Below are positions 29,599 through 40,200 of a stretch of DNA of 64,000 bases, piece after piece. Origin of the DNA: Ostreococcus lucimarinus. Lineage: Eukaryota. Both the position numbers and the translations under genes were made by a program. Numbering within the stretch: the first letter of the stretch is position 1; every line of letters starts with the position of its first letter. The notes below the pieces were generated by a model, which saw only the letters and a program-made list of their open reading frames with translations, was not told where the DNA came from and did not search any database. Location of the stretch: assembly GCA_000092065.1 (NCBI GenBank), contig CP000591.1; one strand, 5' to 3'.

Positions 29599-30708
29599 AT
29601 GCGCGCGCGGAGCGCGGTGCGCGCGGCGACGCGAGCGATCGAGCGCGCGATGACGACGCAAAGCGCGACGACGACGACGGCGCGGAGCGCGACGACGACG
29701 GCGACGACGACGCTGTGCGTGGTGACGCACGAAAAGTTGTTGAATTCGCGACCCCTGACGGAACGATTGCGGGCGGAAACGCCGCGCGCGTTCGACGTCG
29801 TCGTCGTGTCGAACGAGGAAGAGATCGACAAAATGAGGCGCGAGCGCGCGGACGGGGACCTGGCGATGCTGTGGTGGTTCGCGACGAAGGAGGTGACGAC
29901 GGCGTTCGCGAGTCGACGAGACGTGGCGGAACGCGTCAAGTGGATGCACAGCGGGAGCGCGGGAGTGGATCATTTGATGGCGATTCCGAGCGTGCGCGAA
30001 CATGCGAGCACGCTGACGAACGGACGAGGGGCTTTCTCGGCGAGTCTAGGCGAGTGGGGGGTGTTCGCGTGCATGCACTTCGCGAAGCGGGTGGACGCGA
30101 TGCGGGCGGCGCAGCGAAGGAAAGAGTGGATACGGATGACGGTGGGGTTGATCGAGGGGAAGAAACTGGTCATCGTCGGATACGGGGACATCGGGCAACA
30201 CGTCGCGCGAAGGGCCAAGGCGATGGGGATGAAGGTGTGCGCGGTGCGGAGAACGCCGGAGAAGACGGATCCAAACGACGACTACGTCGAAAACGTCGTG
30301 GGGTTCCACGCGTTGAAGGAGACGTGCGCCAAGGCTGATTACGTACTCGTCGCGCTGCCATCGACGGAGGAGACGGATAAGATGATCAACGCCGACGTAT
30401 TGAGCGCGATGAAGGACACGGCGGTGCTCATAAACGTCGGTCGAGGATCGACGGTGGACGAGGACGCGCTCGTCGACGCGTTACGGAACAAGAAAATCGC
30501 CGGCGCGGCGTTGGACGTGTTCGCGGTGGAACCGCTTCCGAGCGACCACCCGTTCTACACCATGGAAAACGTGCTCATGAGTTTTCATTGCGCAGACTTG
30601 ACGTCGGATTACCACGACTTGGCGCTCGACTGCTTCATCAAGCACGCCGAGCAATACGCGACGAACGCCCCGTTCACGAACGTCGTCGACAAGCGGCTCG
30701 GATACTAG
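29599..30708 (+). CDS. D-isomer-specific 2-hydroxyacid dehydrogenase (glyoxylate/hydroxypyruvate reductase-like), NAD(P)-binding
   Basis: Start taken at MRARSAVRAA (ATG 29599). Rossmann motif LVIVGYGDIGQHVARRAKAMGMKV. Catalytic region LINVGRGSTVDEDALVDALRNKKIAGAALDVFAVEPLP and ...SFHCAD. Confidence 0.85.
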   Translation: MRARSAVRAATRAIERAMTTQSATTTTARSATTTATTTLCVVTHEKLLNSRPLTERLRAETPRAFDVVVVSNEEEIDKMRRERADGDLAMLWWFATKEVTTAFASRRDVAERVKWMHSGSAGVDHLMAIPSVREHASTLTNGRGAFSASLGEWGVFACMHFAKRVDAMRAAQRRKEWIRMTVGLIEGKKLVIVGYGDIGQHVARRAKAMGMKVCAVRRTPEKTDPNDDYVENVVGFHALKETCAKADYVLVALPSTEETDKMINADVLSAMKDTAVLINVGRGSTVDEDALVDALRNKKIAGAALDVFAVEPLPSDHPFYTMENVLMSFHCADLTSDYHDLALDCFIKHAEQYATNAPFTNVVDKRLGY

Positions 30709-30778
30709 CGCGTCCCATCGCCGCCTCGCGCGCGCGCGAACCGACGATCGCCTCCTAATACTTTGTTTTCGTATTACA

Positions 30779-31279
30779 TCAAAACTTGCTCTTGTCGACG
30801 CATCGCACGTCCTCCGCCCCCACCTCGTACTTTTCGCAAATCAACGCCGCCAACTGCTCCGAGTAATCCCCTTGCAAGTCCAGCTCATCCCTCCCCGTCG
30901 CCCCCTTCGTCACCGAGCACCCGCACGCGAACTTTTTCCCGAACGCCTTGCTCGCCTCCTTCAGGTCGACGTCGAACCGCTCCAGCCCGACGACGTTGGT
31001 GATCATCTTTTTCCTGTTCCGGCTCAACCGCGTCACGACCACCTCGCGCGCCTTGGACTTGGATTTCTTCTTCGACGTCGTTTTTCGCGTCGCGTCGTCG
31101 TCGTTCTCGCCGTCGTCGTCGTCGCGCGTCGCCGCCGCCGCCGCCGTCGTCGTCGTCGTCGCCGTCGCGTCGTCGTCGAGCGCGACCCGCTCGAGCGCGC
31201 GCGCGGCGACGCGCGCGCAGCCGACGACGTCGCAGTACTCGAGCGGGCACGCGCACGACGCGCAGTACTCGACCTCCAT
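30779..31279 (-). CDS. DENR: Density-regulated protein DENR (SUI1-domain translation re-initiation factor)
   Basis: Start MEVEYCASCACPLEYCD (Cys-rich N-terminus typical of DENR; ATG reverse-complement 31277-31279, in frame). KKKSKSK tract. SUI1 fold ...VVVTRLSRNRKKMITNVVGLERFDVDLKEASKAFGKKFACGCSV..ELDLQGD. Confidence 0.75.
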   Translation of the reverse strand: MEVEYCASCACPLEYCDVVGCARVAARALERVALDDDATATTTTTAAAAATRDDDDGENDDDATRKTTSKKKSKSKAREVVVTRLSRNRKKMITNVVGLERFDVDLKEASKAFGKKFACGCSVTKGATGRDELDLQGDYSEQLAALICEKYEVGAEDVRCVDKSKF

Positions 31280-31379
31280 CGCGTCGCGGCGCGGCTTCGG
31301 GTCGCGCGTCGACGGCGGCGCGATCGATGCGCGCGTCGTCGAGTGGCGACGGCCGCACACGCGCGCGCGGCGACGCGCG

Positions 31380-31946
31380 ATGCCGCGCGCGCGCGACGCG
31401 ACGCGCGAGGACGGCGCGCGCGGTGACGTCGCGGACGCGGACGCGGACGCGGACGCGGCGCGACGACGACGCGCGACGGACGACGACGGCGCGACGACGA
31501 CGAGGAGAACGACGACGACGGCGCGGACGACCTCGAGCGACGTCGCGGACGCCCTGGACGCGTGCCTGACGATCGAGGCGACGGCGCGCGACGACGGGCG
31601 GGACGAGGGCGTCGTCGCGGGACGCGCGATGGGCGCGCGCGAGGGGCGGGAGATGGGATTTCGCAAGGGGTTCGAGCTCGCGGAGGAGGTGGGGTACTAC
31701 GCCGGGTGCGCGGCGGTGTGGCGGACGTGCGCGACGCGAGACGGCGACGCGCGCGGAGGGCGAGTCGAGCGCTTGATCGAGAGCTTCGAGCGCGAGCTCG
31801 AGGAGAGCGCGATCGGGAATCCGCTGGACGAGGGGATATTGGAACGCGTCGAGCGGTTGCGAGGACGATTTAAGACGCTCGCGGCGTTGCTCGGACGTCG
31901 AGGGGAGCACGCGCGCGCGGATGCATCGCTCGGGATTAGTTTTTAG
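31380..31946 (+). CDS. Yae1/LTO1-family protein (GxxxG-repeat 'Yae1_N' domain; Rli1/ABCE1 Fe-S assembly adaptor family)
   Basis: ...DEGVVAGRAMGAREGREMGFRKGFELAEEVGYYAGCAAV shows the repeated G-x3-G deca-GX3 pattern of Yae1/ORAOV1 family proteins. Start taken at MPRARDATRE (ATG 31380). Low-complexity N-terminus. Confidence 0.5.
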   Translation: MPRARDATREDGARGDVADADADADAARRRRATDDDGATTTRRTTTTARTTSSDVADALDACLTIEATARDDGRDEGVVAGRAMGAREGREMGFRKGFELAEEVGYYAGCAAVWRTCATRDGDARGGRVERLIESFERELEESAIGNPLDEGILERVERLRGRFKTLAALLGRRGEHARADASLGISF

Positions 31947-32016
31947 TCGTGGTCGGGCGGAACGCGCGGTCGGTTGTAGTGCGCACGCGATGCGTGGTGA
32001 TTAAATGAATGAGAGA

Positions 32017-33531
32017 TTACGCGCTCGGGCTCGTCGTCGCGTCGAGGCGTTCGCCGGAAGCGGGCACCAAGCCGATGGCGCCGACGTTTGGTTCGAGAAT
32101 CTTACCGCATCCCAGGCACGTGTCGCCGTCGTAAAACACCGCATATTGCCCGGGCGCTAAGCCTTGGTCGTCCTGGCCTATATTCACCTCTCCGCACCGC
32201 TCGCCGTCGACGTCTTTGAATTGGAACGAGCACGCGTAAATGTTTTCGCCGTGACGAACCTTGACGCGCAAACCTTCGATGCTCTCCAACGGTGGTTCTT
32301 GGCCGGATATCCAGTTGAAACCCGCCACGGTGAAAGTATCGCGCGCTTTGTCGAGCGAATAATAATCACGCGTGACGTACACGATGTTATTAACGCAATC
32401 TTTGCCCGCGACGTACCACGGACCGCCGTGCAGAAAGAGTCCGCTCCGCTGACCGATGGTGTGAAACCAATACGCGCGATGCTTGCCGAGCACTTTTCCG
32501 GACTCGACTTCTATGATATCACCCGGCATCTCCCCTAAATGCTCTGCGATGAACTCACTAAACTTGACCTTTCCTAAAAAGCAAATCCCTTGCGAATCCT
32601 TGCGCCCGGCGTTCGGCAACTCGGCCGACGCAGCCAACGCGCGAATCTCTGCCTTCGGCATACCCCCCACCGGAAAGCACACGCTTCCGAGTTGCTCTTG
32701 ACTCAAATCCGCCAAAAAGTACGTTTGATCTTTGAACGTATCGCCTGACATCACCAACCTCGCCAGCTCTCCAACGTCGGCGCGCTCCACCGCCGCGTAG
32801 TGCCCGCTCGCCACTCGATCAAACTCGCCGGGATGCGTTCGCGCCAGCCACTCGCGAAACGCCCCAAACTTCACTCTACTATTGCACAACACGTCTGGGT
32901 TCGGCGTTCGCCCTTTGCGTATCTCCTCCACGCTATCCTTCACCACCAAGTTCCAATACTCATCCGTCAGCGGCACCGTCTCCAGCGGCACGCCCACGCG
33001 CTCGCACACCGACTCCGCCACGCGCAGATCCTCCTCCCACGGGCACTGATCCCACGTGTTTCGAAAGTCCTCCTGAAACCAAATCTGAAGATAGAACGCG
33101 ACGCATTCGTGGCCGGCGGCGCGCAAGAGCGCCAGCGCGACGGAGCTATCGACGCCGCCGCTCAGCAGCACGGCGACGCGCAGCGGCTTCGCCCCGGGCT
33201 CGGCCAGACGCAGCGCGCGTGGATCCAATGGGGTCCAATCGAACGCGGCGCTCGCGCGCGGGCGCGAGAGGCGCGATGCGCGAGCGGCGCGCGAGCGTTT
33301 CGGTCGCGAATTCGACCGGCGGCGGCTGACGTTCGACGTCGACGCCGACGCGTCGGCGCCCGCGGACGCGACGCGCGCGCTCGAAAACATCGACCGTGCT
33401 CGTACGAACGCGCGCGCGGCGTCCACGGCGTCGCGCGGTGGACTGAGGGACGTACGCTCGCGAGTCGCGCGAGTCGCGCTCTGGCGTCGAGCGGTCGCGG
33501 TCGACGCGTCGACTGAATGCGTCGATAACAA
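32017..33531 (-). CDS. TRMU: tRNA-specific 2-thiouridylase MnmA/TRMU (organellar), with N-terminal targeting extension
   Basis: PP-loop VAVLLSGGVDSSVALALL. ...CNSRVKFGAFREWL, ASGHYA, ICFLGK. ~110-aa Ser/Ala/Arg-rich presequence. Confidence 0.85.
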   Translation of the reverse strand: MLSTHSVDASTATARRQSATRATRERTSLSPPRDAVDAARAFVRARSMFSSARVASAGADASASTSNVSRRRSNSRPKRSRAARASRLSRPRASAAFDWTPLDPRALRLAEPGAKPLRVAVLLSGGVDSSVALALLRAAGHECVAFYLQIWFQEDFRNTWDQCPWEEDLRVAESVCERVGVPLETVPLTDEYWNLVVKDSVEEIRKGRTPNPDVLCNSRVKFGAFREWLARTHPGEFDRVASGHYAAVERADVGELARLVMSGDTFKDQTYFLADLSQEQLGSVCFPVGGMPKAEIRALAASAELPNAGRKDSQGICFLGKVKFSEFIAEHLGEMPGDIIEVESGKVLGKHRAYWFHTIGQRSGLFLHGGPWYVAGKDCVNNIVYVTRDYYSLDKARDTFTVAGFNWISGQEPPLESIEGLRVKVRHGENIYACSFQFKDVDGERCGEVNIGQDDQGLAPGQYAVFYDGDTCLGCGKILEPNVGAIGLVPASGERLDATTSPSA

Positions 33532-33552
33532 CGGGTCTAAGATGACGTGAGA

Positions 33553-35757
33553 TCAAACGGTGTGCGCGATGCGTAAGGACTCGTGGTCCATGAAATCTGC
33601 CAAGCCAGGGATCGGGTTGGGGTGCCGGCGGATGGCTTCGCGTAGCTCCTCCGGCTCGACGACGAAGACGATGTTCTTGTACTCCTTCAAAGCCGCGCCC
33701 CTGACGCCTGAACCGGACTTGTGCGCCGTAGCGATGCCGAGCGTGAGTAAATTTTCAAAAGCTCGAACGAGGACAGAGCGCGAAGAGTCTTTGGCGTGCG
33801 TGAGCTGCTCTCGAGATCCCATCTCTCTGAACTCTTGCGCGAGCGCCTCGAATGTGAAGGAAGGACGCTTTCGCGCAACGTGCATTCTGTACATTGCGAC
33901 GCAGAGTAGCAGCTCCAAAGTCGTAGCGCCGATGAGTGAATCTACGAATGGATTCCTATATAGACTGTCCACGGCCTCGACGATATCATTGCTCGTTATC
34001 TTCCCGAGCTGACGGTTAACGCGCGAGAGAATCGCGCACGCCACTTTACTTACAGACGCCGGCGTGTTCTCCAAACGACCGTAGTGCTCGAGCTTTTCCT
34101 TCACCACAGGACTTTGCATCGCGGCGCGAAGATGCAAGTTCCACTGTTGCACATAGTCCGGATCGCTCGGGCACAAGTATTTGTCCTTGTCGGAAAGCTT
34201 GAGTGCCTTTGTCACGCCCTCCACCATGGACACCGTGTTCCCAGGCGGCGCGACGACGATGCGTCGATTGGAGAAACGAGATGCGACACGCTTTTCGAGC
34301 AGTCTATCGACACTGTGTCTGCACGTCACACCAACGACAGCGGCCTGCACGGTGGATTGCTGGAGTAAATCTGTGATGGCGTACAGAAGCGTTTGCTTCG
34401 AGCGCATCGCAAAGAGCTCAAAATCATCGAGGACGAAGATGACGCCGCGCTGTCCACCCAACAGCTTCAGCATCTCCGTCATGAAAGCAACGTTTTCCGC
34501 AAAACCAGTCTGGCGACCGGTGACATCCTCATTCATATTGGGGCACAACTGCGAGGCAATCTTCTGCATTGCGATGCGTTCGTCAGCGTGAAGCAAACCG
34601 CTAAGATGGACTGTCACAACCTTGCCCGGATGCTTGCTCTCCAAAATCTTCAACGCGGAGTCTAAGACGAGCGATTTCCCACTTCCTCGATTACCCACCA
34701 TGAGGACGGAGTTGTTTTGACCGCCAGACACCGTGTCTTCGAGGATGTTCAACAAGTGGTCTCGATGCGCCTTCAAGTTTGGCGCAAACTCCAAGCCGTC
34801 GGCGTCGATCGGGCGTTCACGATTGACGCCGAACAGGCGACGCCGCAAGAGTCGAATCGCCGCATCACCACCTCGCTCGCACGGTGGCTCGACTTCCTCT
34901 TTACGCGCTGCCAAGACTAAATCGAGCCCAGTCGGGGCGTCGCACAGCGCCGCCGAATCCAGTACTTGCGTGCCTCCGGCGTAATCATCCTCGTAACACT
35001 GCGTTCCACCATCGTCTTCGTCGAATTCCTCCGTCTCCGCCTCGGACTCGCTCTCGCAATCCGAGCCCAATCCCGCCACGACGTCGTCCACGCGACCGAA
35101 AATAGTCGGACTCGCCATCGAACCGCCAATGTTTGGCGAAAACGCCGCGCTCGCGCCGCCGCTCTTCCCCGGCGTCACCCTGAATTCCCGTTTTCTCCCG
35201 CTCGTCGACGGCGGCGACGTCCTTTTCACTCGATCCATCCTCGGCGTTCCATCACCCGCCGCGTCGTCGACATCGAAATCGATATTCTTCACCGGCAGCC
35301 CGCTCGAGCCCTTCTTCCTCGCGCGTTCGCCGTCCTCCGCCGCCGTCGCCGTCTCGCCCCCATCCTCCCCGAGCGACTCTCCCGCCGCCCCTTTCGCGCC
35401 ATTCATTATGTTTTCAACCTCTTTCAGCACCATCCCTCGCCGCTTCGCCGTCGTTCGACCGATCGTCGCCGCGACGGTTTCGCCGCCGCTCGCCGTCCCC
35501 GTCGTCGCCGTCCCCCCCATCCTCTCCCCGCGCTCGCCCGCGTCGCGCCCCGCCGCGGACGCCACGGGTGTCGTCGATCCTCGTCGACGCTTTCCCGCCG
35601 TCGTCGCCGCTCGCGGCGCGTCGTCGTCGTTTAAGACGTCGTCGTCGTCGAACGCGCGGTCGGCGTCGTCATCGTCGCGTCGCGCGCGCGCGCGCGCTCG
35701 ATCGCTGAACACGGTGCGCGCGACGGAACCGAACAAGCCCTGGATCGCGCTCTGCAT
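33553..35757 (-). CDS. ORC4: Origin recognition complex subunit 4 (AAA+), with ~300-aa disordered N-terminal extension
   Basis: Walker A VLMVGNRGSGKS. Compare human ORC4 [22 protein letters not shown] / [23 protein letters not shown].../ [27 protein letters not shown] with VHLSGLLHADERIAMQKIASQL / FVLDDFELFAMRSKQTLLYAITD / VVGVTCRHSVDRLLEKRVASRFSNRRI here. Confidence 0.85.
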   Translation of the reverse strand: MQSAIQGLFGSVARTVFSDRARARARRDDDDADRAFDDDDVLNDDDAPRAATTAGKRRRGSTTPVASAAGRDAGERGERMGGTATTGTASGGETVAATIGRTTAKRRGMVLKEVENIMNGAKGAAGESLGEDGGETATAAEDGERARKKGSSGLPVKNIDFDVDDAAGDGTPRMDRVKRTSPPSTSGRKREFRVTPGKSGGASAAFSPNIGGSMASPTIFGRVDDVVAGLGSDCESESEAETEEFDEDDGGTQCYEDDYAGGTQVLDSAALCDAPTGLDLVLAARKEEVEPPCERGGDAAIRLLRRRLFGVNRERPIDADGLEFAPNLKAHRDHLLNILEDTVSGGQNNSVLMVGNRGSGKSLVLDSALKILESKHPGKVVTVHLSGLLHADERIAMQKIASQLCPNMNEDVTGRQTGFAENVAFMTEMLKLLGGQRGVIFVLDDFELFAMRSKQTLLYAITDLLQQSTVQAAVVGVTCRHSVDRLLEKRVASRFSNRRIVVAPPGNTVSMVEGVTKALKLSDKDKYLCPSDPDYVQQWNLHLRAAMQSPVVKEKLEHYGRLENTPASVSKVACAILSRVNRQLGKITSNDIVEAVDSLYRNPFVDSLIGATTLELLLCVAMYRMHVARKRPSFTFEALAQEFREMGSREQLTHAKDSSRSVLVRAFENLLTLGIATAHKSGSGVRGAALKEYKNIVFVVEPEELREAIRRHPNPIPGLADFMDHESLRIAHTV

Positions 35758-36001
35758 CGCCGCGACCGAAGGCGCGGCGGCGCGCGGGCGTGTGACGCGC
35801 GATGGCGATCGACCACGGCTGTCGGAAAATTTGAAATTTCGGCGTCGAGGCGAGACGGACGCCGGCGAGGCGAGACGGACGACGACGCGATCGCGACGCG
35901 GAGACGCGAGGGATAAATAAGAAGAGCAATTAACAATGAATCATCAACGCGCGGGTGCGGGTGGGGCGAAGGAGGCGAAGGCGAAGGCGACGACGGACGC
36001 G

Positions 36002-37114
36002 TCAGTCGTCTTCGCGAGCGGCGGCGACGAGCTTTTCAATCTCTCTCGATACGAGCTCGAACGAGGTGAACGTGATCGCCGCGGCGGGAGTGGTGCGGAT
36101 GAGGTTGGTGGCGCATCCGCGATAGAAGGCGGCGACGCCGCCTTCGAGGTAAATTCGACGTACGAGGGCGCCGATGCCGCTAAACGGACCGAGACCGTGC
36201 ACGTGCATGTGCGAACGGATCACCTCGTGTGGGTACGTCAACGTCGACGCGATCATCTTTGCGATCGCGCTGGCGACCATGAGATCTATGGGCTCGATCT
36301 TATTCACCGCCACCTCGCGCTCTCTCGCGAGCTCAACTTTGATGGATTCGTAGAGCGGAAACTGAATGATGACGTGCGCGATGCCAATCAATGAAGGGCC
36401 AAAGCCGCTGTACAGCCCTTTCAAGCCCTCTTCGCGCATCATTCTCGTCAGAGCGTTTATCGTTGACGTGTACGGCACGCGCTTGGGCATCGCCGACGCC
36501 AACGCGTGCGAGTGCTGCACCTGCAAACGCGTCTTCGCCACCCACAACGGATTGGTCACGAAAATCGTCGCCGCGCCCGCCCCGGCGGCGGCTAAGATGT
36601 GCGCAAAATGATTTGCATCCGCAACTTTCACGACGCGTTCTCCATCGCTCGCGCCTTCACCGTCACGGACAATCGCCGTCTCGCCGACGCCTCGTCTACT
36701 AAAAATCCGCTTCAGCGCGCCGTACGTGCTAAAATACACCCCCCAATTCGGCAGCAGCGCCGCGACCGTCGGTCCCAGTCCCCTATACAGCCCTCTCGCG
36801 CCTTCGTGTCGCACGATTCGCCGCAACGCGCCGTACGTGCTCAGGTACTCTGTCGTCCCCGTGGTCGCCGCGCTCACCTGCAGCCTCGTCTTCAGGACGT
36901 CCAACGGGCACACCACAGTCGCCGCCACCGTCCCCGCGATCGCGCCGGAGAACCCATTCGCGAAGGCTTTATCGCTCAGCAGCGCGAGCGCGCTCGGGGG
37001 CGCGCCTCGCGCGAGGTTTCGATAAAAGTTTGTCGCGTGCTGCGGGTTCGCAAAGGCGTCGACGTCGGGCGACGACGTGGACGCGCGCGCGTTCGCGGCG
37101 TCGCGACGCGTCAT
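36002..37114 (-). CDS. Mitochondrial carrier family protein (SLC25; folate/NAD/pyrimidine-nucleotide carrier-like)
   Basis: Three carrier repeats with signature PLDVLKTRLQV, NPLWVAKTRLQ, P.EVIRSHM. Six TM helices. 370 aa. Confidence 0.85.
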   Translation of the reverse strand: MTRRDAANARASTSSPDVDAFANPQHATNFYRNLARGAPPSALALLSDKAFANGFSGAIAGTVAATVVCPLDVLKTRLQVSAATTGTTEYLSTYGALRRIVRHEGARGLYRGLGPTVAALLPNWGVYFSTYGALKRIFSRRGVGETAIVRDGEGASDGERVVKVADANHFAHILAAAGAGAATIFVTNPLWVAKTRLQVQHSHALASAMPKRVPYTSTINALTRMMREEGLKGLYSGFGPSLIGIAHVIIQFPLYESIKVELAREREVAVNKIEPIDLMVASAIAKMIASTLTYPHEVIRSHMHVHGLGPFSGIGALVRRIYLEGGVAAFYRGCATNLIRTTPAAAITFTSFELVSREIEKLVAAAREDD

Positions 37115-37286
37115 GAATCGCGCGCCGCGACGCGTTCGGCGTTCGAGATCGCTCGGCGGCGATGCGCACCGATCGCCGCGCCGAGGTCTGGAGAATGAGT
37201 CGGCGCGCGCGGGGTCTTTGGGTCGGCGACGCGGCGCGGCGAAAATCGCTTCTGCTATTGCAAATCTACGTTTATGTGCGGTGTGA

Positions 37287-40200
37287 TCAACCGCGAGTCG
37301 TCGCTACGTTGCGGTTGGATTGCACCCAATCCACGGTGTCGCGCAAGATTTTGAAATCGTGCGCGTCGGCGATGTTGGAAAAGACGCGCAAGTCGTCGCC
37401 GAGCGCGCCGGGCTTGGCGGAGCACGCGTACAAACCGCCGCAGGCGCAGCGATTGGCGAGATGTCCCACCTTGATGCGGCCGTCGCGCGCGCATTTGAGG
37501 TCTTGAAGCTGATATTTTCGAACGCGCTCGTTCACCTCGGCGACGAGAGCGCCTTCGATCCATTGCATGTCGTACGGTTGACCGCACGGCGGGCCGTGAT
37601 CGTCGTCGCGCGCCGTGCACGCCCAGTGACCGGCGGCGAGGTCTGGGTCACGGCAGAGATCCAAGTCTCTGCAATCAGAGCAAGCGGAGCAAATAACGTC
37701 TCGGAGCGTAAAAGAGACGCATGGCTCGACGAACTCTGCCTCAGGGGAGAATTCGGCGACTTGAATCATCTTGAGCGCGTTTCGTCGGAGCAACGACACC
37801 GGACCCTCGACGCGAGCGTCGAGCGACAACACGGCAATCACCGTTCTCACAAACGCCAACGCTGGCGTGCCACGAAGCTTCTTGGACAGGTTTGCGCCAG
37901 GTGGCGAAGGGAATTGGTGCTCGGGCGGCGAGCGCGGACCGGCGAGTCCGAGGACTCGTTGGATATCCTGTGCGTAACGCAGCAATTTCGGCCCGAAGTG
38001 CGATTCGAGTTGTTGCTCCAACCAAATCACCTTGTCTTCTTCCAGGCGATCCAAGTCGCGCGCGTTGTGACCAAAGCCCGGGGTCGGTGGTGGTTTCTTC
38101 TCCACCGGAGCTCCGACGTCAGAATCCGAGTTCTCTTCGTCCGAATCGTCGCTGTCGCTCATAGCGCGGTACTTCACGGGCGTGCGCCCGTGCAATGGAC
38201 CGTCGCTTTCCTCCTTGTCGTGCTTCCAAGGCAACAATAAGAACTCGCCGATTATGGCGTGAAAGTGATCTTGAATCGCCTCGGGTAGGAATCGTGCGAT
38301 GTTCCAGTGCATGTCCAGCGCACCTTCACTATTGCGCGTGGCAAGAGGGTCGAGTTGCGAGTCATGCGGCGCGATGGAGTCGTGCCACTGGCTCTCGCCC
38401 GGAAGGTTGACGGCGGAAATCCCGGCGTAATCGAACGGTCCACGAAACAGAAGCGAGTGCCATTGCTTGACTCGATCGAGTTGCAGCCATGAGAAGAGTT
38501 CACGCTGGTGCAGGGCAGTCTTGAGACCTTCCACGCATGCGGAAGCACTCGCGAGATCGTGCTTGCCAGTCGCGATGATGATTCTTCGCATGTCCGCGTA
38601 CACGACTTCGACTTGAAGCTTGCGAAGTTCAGCCAACAGCAAGGTGAAGACTTTCTTCATGCAGAGCTCGACCAAGTTCTTCAACGCCGGATCGCGCAAC
38701 GCCGAAGACGGGCTAAAGAGCCAGCGATGAATCTGCGAAAGCAATTGATCCGCGTATGTATTGTGATGATCAGTTGCGTCGCGGAGCCAATTATCGACGA
38801 GCTTGTTCAGCGTCTTGAACGCGCCCGCAGCTTCGTGTCCGCCCATGCGCGTCGTGCCCTTGGTGCCAGTCTCGAAGCCCAACAGTGCGCCTTGCTCGAG
38901 ATCGTTCAAAATGCTAGACTTGGAAATGGCGCACACAGCCAAGTGATGCACTTGCAATTCCACACAAACGCTGCGATAAGCGCCGGGCGCGGTGACTTCC
39001 ATGCGCGACGCACCGTATGCATCGTCCAATCCGCTCAGAGACACGGCGCTCGCGCCGCCACCCAAATCAGGCTCGCCACCGGGGCCAGTCCACAACACCT
39101 GTTCGGCGTCGTGCAATGTGCGGGCGAAGAACGCGTCCGCGGTGTGCACCCACCAATCCGATTTCAAGTTGCCCACGGGGATGTGCGCATAACTCGCAAT
39201 CTCGACGTGCTCCTTCAACCACTCGGCGCTTTCGACGACGCGCGCCGAAGCAATTTTCGCGGCATCAAGTTGCCATCCCCGGGCTGCATCTGTGCTCAAG
39301 TCACTGTCCGAAAGATTTGGCGGCCTGAAAACGATGGGAAGACGTCCAGAGGCGGGCATCAAGGCGCTCAATCTCCCAGCCAAACCTTCTCGCACGGACG
39401 AAGTGTCTTGAGCCGGATCGACGCCGGCGCCTGGGGGAGCTTGAACGAGAAGCACCGTACCACCGCTAGATGCGGAAATGTAGGCGCCGATAGCGTGGTT
39501 CAAATGCTTGCCAACTTGTTCCATGTTTCTCGCGTACAACACGTTCCATTTCGAGGCGGCTTCTGCTCTCGCTTCGTCGTCAGTTTGCTCGTCTCCGCTC
39601 ATCGAGTGCATAAACGACGACCAAAGCTCGGGGGTGACCTCTCGAACACCTTTACCCGGTTGATGAACGATCACCGTGCCTTTGCTTTCGCGGCTGTTGT
39701 GCAGCACGTAAATTCCACGTCCTTTATCACCAGAAACTCCAGCAAAGTAGAACGTGATGTGGGACAATTTCGGCAAATACGAGCTGACTTCAGCCGTCGC
39801 CTTCATTTGAAACATGTTCATGCCATAGGACTCGTCGCCAATATCGAGCGCTCGCTTTTGTTCCGACTTTTTCACCGCCATGACGCAACCGATGTTGTAA
39901 ATGAATCTATCAATCAAAGGCACGTTCTTTTCGTATACGCCGATGACAGACGGGTCTGCCAAAAGCGCAGCAATTTCCAACCCACTCGCGAAATTTCGCT
40001 CTTGCACGTTAATTTCGTACAAGTGGGGCGCGATGAAACCGCGCGGAAGAGTTGCCGTGATTCGTCGCTTTCCTTCCAAGCCGAGATCGCCTTCGCGATC
40101 CGTTTCGCGCGTGGCGATGACGAGGCGACGGGGCACGTCCACCTTGATGACTTGCATCGTACCGTTCACTAGCACCCAGACGGCAAAAATTCCTGGGACT

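Noticed and set aside
38508-40172. 554-aa plus-strand ORF, and other 100-340-aa plus-strand ORFs between 37320 and 44822
   Set aside because: All are antisense to the 2323-aa POLE gene, whose motifs are unambiguous. They lack motifs.
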